A stretch of 64,000 bases of DNA, taken from assembly GCA_039096225.1 (NCBI GenBank), contig JBBPEB010000028.1, positions 62,001 to 126,000 on the forward strand. The letters are read 5' to 3'. Both the position numbers and the translations under genes were made by a program. Position 1 is the stretch's first letter; the number at the start of each line of letters is the position of its first letter. This DNA is from Blastocystis sp. Blastoise. Its lineage: Eukaryota; Protista; Bigyra: Opalinata. Below the pieces are notes generated by a model. The model saw nothing but the letters and a program-made list of their open reading frames with translations. It was not told the origin of the DNA and searched no databases. Positions 45,768 through 64,000 of this stretch are shown one piece after another.

Positions 45768-46303
45768 TGCAGATGTTTTCTAAGAATCCTTATAGTTATA
45801 ATTAATTATATTTATGATAAATAAATAAAAAAGAAAAAGAAAATAACTCCTTTTTATCTGGAGTTATTCTGTTCCTTTTTCAAATCTTATGATTTAGAGT
45901 TATTTTCATAGTTTTAAGTTATAGTTATAATTGATGTGCTAGTTATTGTCTTATATCATTAGATACTTTATTGTATAAAGAGAAAAGGGAGGAAATAATG
46001 ATAACGAAAAAAGATATTGTGTTATTATACACATTATTTTTTGAGTAAGTGTGTAAACCTATTCTGTTTTCAATTTTGTTGTTTTATCTAATGATTATTT
46101 TGTTATTCATTATAATAAATAAAAATATTAAGTATATTAAAAATAGCTTTTTTTTGTATAACAAGTAAATAGTGGCTTTATATGGAATAAGAAAACAATA
46201 ATAACAATGTTAATTGAAATTAAGATTGACAATAGTACTAAGAGATTTAATAGAGAACATAAAAGCATGATATAACTGATAACGAATAGTAAGAAATAAA
46301 TAG

Positions 46304-54655
<8,352 letters not shown>

Positions 54656-55180
54656 ATCTAACACTTATATGTTAACAAAATCAATTATCTAATGAGGGTT
54701 TAAAAATGTAGGATTTTTGTTTACTAAAATGGATCTAGAAATTGAATTTTAGTGAATCTATTTTTTTGGAAGATTCAAAAATATTTTTTTATATATTTTT
54801 ACTTTTGCATTATGTTTATAATAATAAACAAAAAAATATGTTTGTGATTGGAATGATAAATTATTACATTGACAATAATTTTTGATCAGAAACATAATAA
54901 AATGATGAATGAATTCTAATGATTGTGATTGTGAAACGTCAAGAAAAGTATTATTTGATATCTATTTGACTTTTTAAATATATTATAATTATTGATAAAT
55001 ACAAAAATATGGTATAATGTTGTTTATATAAGAAAAAACTTGAACAACAAAAACAAAGAGAGTAGAATACATACAAGACAAATATTGCAAATGATTATTC
55101 ATAGAACAATAAATAGAGACTTGCTAATTGAATGAGTAGATATTTATTAGATAATCGTTGCATAACTATGATACATACCA

Positions 55181-56211
55181 CTAATGACGTTTGGAATGGG
55201 AATGATTGTCATAAGAATTCGATCGACTTCGAGTGTTATGTTTCGATCGATAATGATCTCTACTATTCTGTCTTCGTTTAGAATAAGAATCACGACTATC
55301 ACTTCGACTTCTGTGTCTAGAATATCGATTATTATGACGATGATAATCACTACTATTATTACTACTGCTTCTATGTCTTCTTCTTCTACTATACGAATCA
55401 CTACTAGGACTTCTACTATAATGTCTGTGGGAATAACCGCGATTTTCATGATTATTTCTTTCATCATATTTATCATAACTATTTCTATTCTGATATTCAT
55501 AGAGAGAACTCTCATGTTCATCTTTTTTATCCTTATTCTCTGTTAATGAATCTTTATTCTCTTTTTCTTCTATTTCTATAATTGTATTAAATTCTTCATC
55601 AAGAACACTTTTTCGAGGTTCTAATAATTTCTGTTGAACTAATATATATCGTGCATCTAAATGAGGCAGAACAATTCCACAACTAGTTTCTTCTGTCAAT
55701 AATTCATCAATAAACTCATCCATATATACTAATATATATTCACTTGTTTCTCTTTTCTTTAATTTACAATAATCAATATATAAAGGTTCTAAGTAATTAT
55801 ATATATCAACGGATTTCCCGGTAAGACGCATATAAAAAGCTCCTAAAGCACGAACATATCTATAGTAATAAAACATATAAAAAGAATCCTATCGAAAATA
55901 AATATATATAAAGGTATTTACTTATAATCTTCATTCTTAATAAACTCAATAACAATTTCTTTATCTGGCTGAATCTGAAGCATCTTCAATAAAAGACATA
56001 AAAATGGACACGGCCTACCTATTCCTCCATAGATACCACCAATATGATCTAATTCTACTGCTTTATCAACGAGAGTTGCTGCTGTAAGTCCAAAACATTC
56101 TTCTTTCCAATATAATGTTTCATAACACTTCTTTCGAATAATGGTTTCAATTAGATCCTGAGGATTTCCTCCATGCACACTACTAGCAAATGGAATAGTT
56201 TGATTAGCCAT
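55181..56211 (-). CDS. PRP38: Pre-mRNA splicing factor Prp38 (PRPF38A type) with RS tail, 2 exons
   Basis: MANQT...VHGGNPQDLIETIIRKKCYETLYWKEECFGLTAATLVDKA...PCPFLCLLLKMLQIQP...KYVRALGAFYMRLTG...MDEFIDELL. Confidence 0.96.
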
Positions 56212-56979
56212 GATCGATTTCTTGGTAGTTATCAATATTACAAAATTTATTTTAAAAAATCAGTTAATTAAACAAAATAATCGTGAAAATGGCATAAAAA
56301 CAAATGTTTGTCTTTTTGATATTATTTCTTGGTGTTAACGTCTAATTGTGAGTTGTTAATATACTACTTATAATCAAAAAAAGGAAAACAAATAGATTTT
56401 TGTGAAATCAAATCATTTGTTGTTTCAACTATAGACATGAAATGATATGTATTGAATATTATTAGCGAAATCATTACAAAACGGTATTTAGAATAAAAGA
56501 GAATAGATAATCCATGCTTTAATTTCAAGAATATATTAGTCAAACAATGATCATTACTTTTATGATGATTCACATAATTTATTAATGATTAGTAAGATAT
56601 GAATAACATATAAACATAAAATAAAATGCAAATAATCAACATTTTCATAATAAAATTGAGGATTACAATGAGTTATATTCTTATTTTAGTTATAAATGAG
56701 TTTACAACAAGCTATACACTCCGATGACACTGCCGATACTTCTATTTAACCAACAAATCGCCACTAGTTCAATAGTTTTTTTTTGAGAAAATTTCACGGT
56801 AATCTAACGAAAATCAGTAAAGAGTATTGTTTTTTGATTTGCAACAATTAGTGAAAGTTGAATACCCTTTATTCAATTAGGAATATTTTTTTTCTGGTAT
56901 TTATCTTATTTTGTATTTGATAGCTATTGATTCGTAAACATTAGGAGCACTAATATTTACTTTAAAGGCATTGTGAAAC

Positions 56980-58412
56980 ATGAATTCGATGAAAGATCAA
57001 CTTAAAAATAGACTTACGTATAAGCAACTCAAAGGTCTTTTAGTTTATTTCTTAATTTTGTTAATATCCATTTATATCTTCGTATTTTCCAAATGTAAGT
57101 TTTTTTTTGCTTTTTTAAGTCTATTATTAACTTATATATATTTTAATAATGTTTAGTGTTTGTGATTGGTGCAAAGAATCAGCAAAAACAAATAGCTCTC
57201 AATGCTGTATCAACTCTTGAAGGTATACATATGCTTTTTTTTGTTTTTATTTCTTTTTTGTATATATTAGTATATTTCTATATTACTTAAAATGTTAGTA
57301 TTATTCTGAATGTCTATGTATATATATAGTTCATAAGTTATCACTTGAGTATATTGATGCTCGTGGCAGATATATACACATGCGATTATATGGTGATCAA
57401 GCCAGAATATATTATAAACAAACAGATAAAGAAATATCTCCTCAAGACGTTCTTGAATATGGCTATTATTTAGGTACAGTACAAGTGAAAGAAGACTTTT
57501 ATGTTTCTGTAAGTATACCCTTAATGAGAACAGAAAAGAAATATATGCAATTTGTTGCTTATTCTGAAATCTATGAGTCCTCTTTTGCTTATATTCGTAT
57601 TCCTGATGAATTAGCAGGTATATATATATATATAGGATTCTATTAATTAATATATAGTGTATTCATATACATATTATTATATGTTTATTATATATATTTA
57701 TATTTTCTTGTTATGTTTTTGTTTTAATTAAATATTATGATTATAATAATATATATATATATATATATATAGTATGTCAGGAGACTACGTTAACTAAAGT
57801 AGACATAGAGGATGAGATGAATAGTTGTATTCGTATAAAGTATAATTTAGTAGGAGAAGGAGATATATATGGTCATTATCGTTTATTAGAAGACTCCGCT
57901 CCCCCAGATGAAGTCAATGTTGTTGAAGAAGGAATATATCTTGGAAAGTATATATATAATATATATATATAATATATTCATTATGTCTTATTTGATTTAT
58001 TTGATTATTTTTATGATAATAAGTACAATAAGTATAATAATCATAATCATAATAATAATCATAATCATAATAATACCCTATATAATAGGTTTTCAAATGA
58101 GCAAGTGACTGCCTTATATTGCGGTTTATATGATGATAATCTCTATGAAATCAGCATTGTCGCCAAAACTGGCATGTGTATAACGAAACCCGTCTACTTC
58201 ACCTATAAAACAAATAGTATTATATATATATATATAATAATATATATATTATTTATTATTATATATAGAACTATCAGAAGAAGCCAAATGGGGACCTTGT
58301 ATATATATATATATATATATATAACATATTCTTTTATTTAACATATTATATTATTTAACTAATGTATATATTTATATATAGCGGCCTTAAAACATATTCA
58401 ACGTATATATAT

Positions 58413-58455
<43 letters not shown>

Positions 58456-58508
58456 TAGCTCATCATTCTACTCATATTGGTATTAATTATCGATCATTTG
58501 GTGGTGGT

Positions 58509-58551
<43 letters not shown>

Positions 58552-59025
58552 GAGGTAATGGCTAATTTGCCTGAAGATCGTGTTACCTCGAATGGTGTAT
58601 ATATACCTGTAGAAGCAGAAGTTACTAGTGAACAACAACCTGTGGATGAAGAAACATTAGAGTGTAGTATATAATAATAATAATCATAATAATCATAATA
58701 ATCATAATCATAATACAATAATAATATATATATATAATTATAATAATCATTATATATATATATATATATATATATATAGATCCAGAAGTAAAGGATTATA
58801 ATATTCGTTTCCGAACTGCTCAGAAGAAGAAGGGGAAGGTAGTTATAAAGATGATGCTACAGGGAAAAGGACATTTATTTGTATATTGGACCAATGAGAA
58901 TAAGAAAAACGTGGATAACAGTGTTATTGTCACCAAAGGAAAAGATGTATATATATTTATATAGATTTTCTCTATTACCTTGAATATGTATATGCTTCAT
59001 AAATATATTGAATATTATTTTAAAG

Positions 59026-59083
<58 letters not shown>

Positions 59084-59210
59084 GGGTTTATATTCAGATG
59101 ATTTTATTTTCGTGCGTTTAAGTCACTTACCTGAGAAAGCTGTTAATGTTCACTTTTCTGTTCAATGCAAAAATATAATCGCCGGACCTTTCTCAAAACT
59201 TGTCTCTTAA
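56980..59210 (+). CDS. Type II membrane protein with four degenerate beta-rich repeats (about 11 exons)
   Basis: Phase-consistent GT-AG model including a 21-nt microexon (58382-58402). One N-terminal TM, with repeats ending VLEYGYYLG, VVEEGIYLG, VTSNGVYIP and IVTKGKDLG. Confidence 0.72.
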
Positions 59211-60052
59211 ATTAATTTATATATATATATATATATATTTATATGTCTTATTATTTTAAAATTGTATTTATTGAATCTATTATATTATTTTATATATTAT
59301 ATTTTATTATATTTATTAAAAGTATAAAAATACATATATATTTATATATATATGTTCTTTCTTATTCATTTGTGTCTTTTTAATATTCATATTCATTATC
59401 ATCTATTTTATTTTACTTTAATATATATATAAACATTTATATATATTCATGAAATTATCAATAATTCTCTCATTTGTTATTATTGTATATCTATTCTTTT
59501 CCTATTTATATTTTTATATACATATTCTTTTCAAACATTTTATTTTTTTTTAGTACATTTGTGTTATTATTATATATTTATATATATTTATTTCTATTTT
59601 CTTTTCTTTTCCTTTATTTTTCGTATCTCCTTATTTTAAAAAGTATATATTAAATCTTTTCCACTACTACTTGTCTCAAATAGAGTTTTGAACACTTTAT
59701 TATTCATATAATACATTTTTGTATTTATTTCAAAGACTGTTCTTTCATGATCATATAAGCCGTATATATATATATATGGATAAGACAAATAATACTTGTT
59801 AAAGGTTATTATTACAATATATTGAATAATTCTAAATATCCTTTTTTTACAAGTTAAATGAGCATAGAATAATAAATAAATAATGGTTTTATTATTTGAA
59901 ATATATACATGTTATATATTAAAGTGATTTTGACTCTATCTCTCTTCTTACAATATGTGAAACGAACAACAACAAACTCTATTTTCAAAATAACATATAT
60001 ATATATACAAATAACATAATAACAACTATAGTACAGACGGCGATAAATAAAA

Positions 60053-60267
60053 TTATCTAGAAGAAAAGATTAATATCGATTTTGCTCCAATTCTTACATT
60101 TCCACAACTTGATGAATATGTCCAAGTTCTTCCAGTTTCTTGAGGGCATTGTCGTAATACAACATTTCCACCGATTCCCGTGAATAATTCGTTGTATTTT
60201 TGATCATCACTATTAAATATCATCTTCCATAATTTTCCAGACAAAGGAGGGAAATCAACAAATAAAC

Positions 60268-60299
<32 letters not shown>

Positions 60300-60603
60300 A
60301 TAACATAATATATATATACGTTCCATCATCATAGCTTGTTTTACTTGTGTTAATAACCACGGTTAATTGAGCAGAATCTGATGATCCTTTTGTCATCGCT
60401 AATATATTCTTTTCAGAATTCGTGTAATATATAGAATACTCAGAAGATATCATTTGCTATATATATATATATTATGAATAATAATAATAATATATATATA
60501 TACAGTATAATCAGATCGAATAGTTAGTAAATCTTTTGTGAGAATAAAATAAGAATATGAAGGACCTTTTGTTATCCATCTATATATATATATATTAATA
60601 ATG

Positions 60604-60646
<43 letters not shown>

Positions 60647-63426
60647 TAATATATATATATACGTTCCATAGTTATATTCACCAACGTTATTTACGTCAAG
60701 AGGAGAGGGAGAAGCACCAAATGGAAGTGTAGACATATACTCTGTACCTATATATATATAATATATATAATATATATAATATATATAATATATATTATTA
60801 GGATTCATAGAAATAAATGAGAATAAATCATTATAATCATTTATAGAATAATAAGATATTATGACTATTTATATATATATATACCCATAAAGAAGTTAGG
60901 AATAGCAGGAGTGGAGGACATTAGATATAATGCTAATATAGAGTCCTTTATTGTATATATATCATCCGGATTATTACTATTCAATTGAACGCGAAATCGA
61001 TTCAACTATGTATATTAATATACATAATAATGTATATAACAATAATATAAATATTAATATATACAATAGCTGTTTCAGGTGTTTCAATTGAGAACATAAG
61101 TGATGATGATGAATATAAATATTCGAACTGAATGAAATTCGCAAGAGAAGTCATACTGATAGAAGAAGTGTTGAATAAGGAATATATCTGATTCGTACTA
61201 GATAGATATATATATATAGTAATATTAATATAAATCACTGTTATTTATATATATATACAATCGTTTATCAAATTGAATTGTAAATCCTAATCCTTTATTC
61301 CCACGGGTATTTGTAACATCTATAATACTACTATTTTCATGGGAAACATTCAGACTATCATCAGCCAACTATATTAATAATAATAATAGTATTATTAATA
61401 AATATAATAAATATAATCTTAATAATAATATAAATATAATAAATATAATCTTAATAATAATATAAATATAATAAATATAATCTTAATAATAATATAAATA
61501 TAATAAATCTAAACGCCTACATAATACATGGATTTATAGCTGGTTAAGGTAGCTAATAGTTCGTTCATTTCTGTATTGTCTTCTCCTTCTCCTTCATTAC
61601 ATTTCTTTCCATATAAACGTTGACATAATAAATGTTTCATATATACACCATCAATACCGTAGATCTCATTATATCGATGAATCATATTAATAAAGAACGA
61701 ATTCCCGCGACTATTAACAGTTCCTCGAATTCTATTTAATCCATTTGGTTGATTGTCTTCTTTATATATATCCATATATTCCTCTCCCCAATTGTTCTTC
61801 GAACTTCCATCATAATTGACTAAGAACATATCTTCAGAGAAAAGTGACCAATCTATCTCTATTACTATATGCATTCCAAGCTTATGAATCTCATAAACCA
61901 ACTTCTTTAACTCAACTATACTACCAAAGGAAGGATGAATCTTACCAGGAAATAATGTATAATAATTATCTATATATATTATAGTATATCATATTATATT
62001 ATATTATATTATATTATATTATATTATATTATATTATATTATATTATATTATATTATATTATATTATATTATATTATATTATATTATATTATATTATATT
62101 ATATTATATTATATTATATTATATTATATTATATTATATTATATTATATTATATTATATTATATTATATTATATTATATTATATTATATTATATTATATT
62201 ATATTATATACTATTATATTATATTATATTATATTATATACTATTATATTATATTATATACTAATATTATATACTATTATATTATATTATATTATATACT
62301 ATACTATTATATACTATTATATTATATTATATTATATACACCAGCATAGATAGGATGGAGTAATATCGCATTTCAGAGGTTCAATAGGGAGTAATATAAT
62401 ACAATTAATCCCTAATAACTTCAAATAATTTAAACGCGGAATAATCGAAGAAAAAGTACCATTTATATATTCTATAGAATAGTATAGAATAGTATATAAT
62501 AGAATATACCATCAGAATTGAATGTAGGTACATGAAGTGTATAGAATACGAGTTTCTCTTTGGCTTTTAAAGTAATAGTCTTATAAGTATTCCATTCTAT
62601 ATCTTCAGAATAAGTAGAATCAAACATAGGATTCAAATCATAAGGAGATCTATATATAAAATAATATATAACACAACATATAATACAATATATAATATAA
62701 CACAATAAAATAATATATAACACAATAAAATACATATATAACCCAATAAAATACATAAATAACACAATAGATAAAAAAAATACAATGTAAAAGATTCTAT
62801 AGAATAACGTTTATAGTGTTCACCATTATATTCCATATCATAATAAAATGAAGTATCATTTCGAATATTAACAATAAATAAATACCAATAACCGTCTCCT
62901 TGATTTCTATAGAATAATAATTATATATATTATAAACATACGTCATGGAATATAAGTGACTTTCATCATCTTGTTTGATATATATGGACACCTTTGTTGA
63001 ATTCTTTGAATAAACTCGGTAGGACATACCATAATAATATAAATTACCATTCAATTTATATCCTATAGACTTCTCCCAATATAAGAAACCTTCAAAATCA
63101 CTTCGTTCACAATTAGGAAGACTATAATCATCAGGACATTTCAATGTTGGATCACTTTTAGCTAATGCATCCAAATATAATCCTAATGAAATCGCAAGGG
63201 CCAAGAAAATAATGAAGAAAAACAAAGATATAGAAATAACAAAAGCTAAATGATCTCGAGCCCAACTATTTTTCTTCGGAACATTTCTCTTTGCCATTTT
63301 CCTTCTTAGTTTCTTCTCTGTAGACCATGTATTGTTTACAGAAAAGAAATCTTCAGGTAAGATTTTCAAATCGATACGAGTATTCAACGATTGATTTGCA
63401 GATGATGTAGATCTAGTTCCATACAT
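60053..63426 (-). CDS. Type II membrane-anchored GH13 (alpha-amylase superfamily) protein, CBM48-like + TIM barrel, catalytic residues substituted
   Basis: TM after a basic stretch, SYRVYSKNSTKVSIYI (CBM48-like), LNYLKLLGINCIILLPI, FGSIVELKKLVYEIHKLGMHIVIE, YGIDGV and PAIPNFFMGTEY. Confidence 0.82.
61993..62338. repeat. Intronic (ATATT)n pentanucleotide array, degenerate after about 62210
   Basis: Intron of the GH13-like gene. Confidence 0.95.
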
Positions 63427-63710
63427 TAGTCTGAATCTATTTATTTATTGAATAACTCAAAACTATGGAATCTTTTTCTTAAAAAACAAATTTGTTTTTA
63501 TTCAAACACTTTCTATTCGTTAAATTCAAAAACAAAATTTCGTGCATCCAATATGTTATTGATATATTATTTTTTTTTCTTTTTATTCATCCTCTTTAAT
63601 ATTTCTATTAGTTTTCAATTATATATAATTTTGTATATGTAAACAAACGATGAAACAAAAAGATAATAATATCCTATTATTTAAAAAATAGAATATATAA
63701 AGAAATAATT

Positions 63711-64000
63711 TCACTTTTGTTGATAAAACGTACGACTTTTGATTCTATCGGATAAACTAGCATCATTACCCAAATAAGCATCCTTCTTAAATGATTGTAA
63801 ATAATTATTATTTTCATCATAATTCTTCTTCAACTCTTCTTCTTCTTCTGTTTCTTTTATATCCTTTTTATGATTCTCTAATAATCGCTTATATCGCAAA
63901 TCTTGATTCACAGAAGCATCCTGTTTCATTTCATTTAATCGCTTCTGAACTTCTTCTTCAGTTAATTGTTTATCTTTTTTATTATTTCTATCTTTTGTAT
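63711..64000 (-). CDS. CWC25: 3' end of splicing factor Cwc25 (partial)
   Basis: LTEEEVQKRLNEMKQDA...RYKRL...SLSDRIKSRTFYQQK-TGA resembles the Cwc25 C-terminus. Confidence 0.7.
   Translation of the reverse strand, partial: TKDRNNKKDKQLTEEEVQKRLNEMKQDASVNQDLRYKRLLENHKKDIKETEEEEELKKNYDENNNYLQSFKKDAYLGNDASLSDRIKSRTFYQQK

Overview
This is not prokaryotic DNA. It is a gene-dense, very AT-rich, intron-rich eukaryotic nuclear segment in the standard genetic code (TAA, TAG and TGA all end genes), so most entries in the ORF track are intron or microsatellite read-throughs. By manual splicing I reconstruct 21 protein-coding loci (two cut by the window edges) plus a selenocysteine tRNA. In order: an unknown 3' fragment, a TFIIS-M/SPOC protein, RPN7, mitochondrial bL36, tRNA-Sec, a small membrane protein, LSM3, ERH, a PHD-containing KNL2/Mis18BP1, mitochondrial AsnRS, a ~2,100 aa surface protein, RRP4, a NEF1 homologue, SEH1, a presequence-bearing enolase, SNRNP27, two tandem tetraspanins (one with an in-frame TAA), a BK/Slo K+ channel, PRP38, a type II repeat protein, a catalytically dead membrane-anchored GH13, and the 3' end of CWC25. 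The mitochondrial-type enolase, the He_PIG-rich surface protein and the TGTTTGTT-like 3' elements point to a Blastocystis-like stramenopile, which is inference only. The most striking signals concern splicing: a frame-forced AT-AC minor (U12) intron and a probable AT-AG U12 intron in the K+ channel, a candidate U2-inside-U12 twintron in NEF1, and introns made only of GT(AT)nAG. All family calls come from motif recognition, not database searches.
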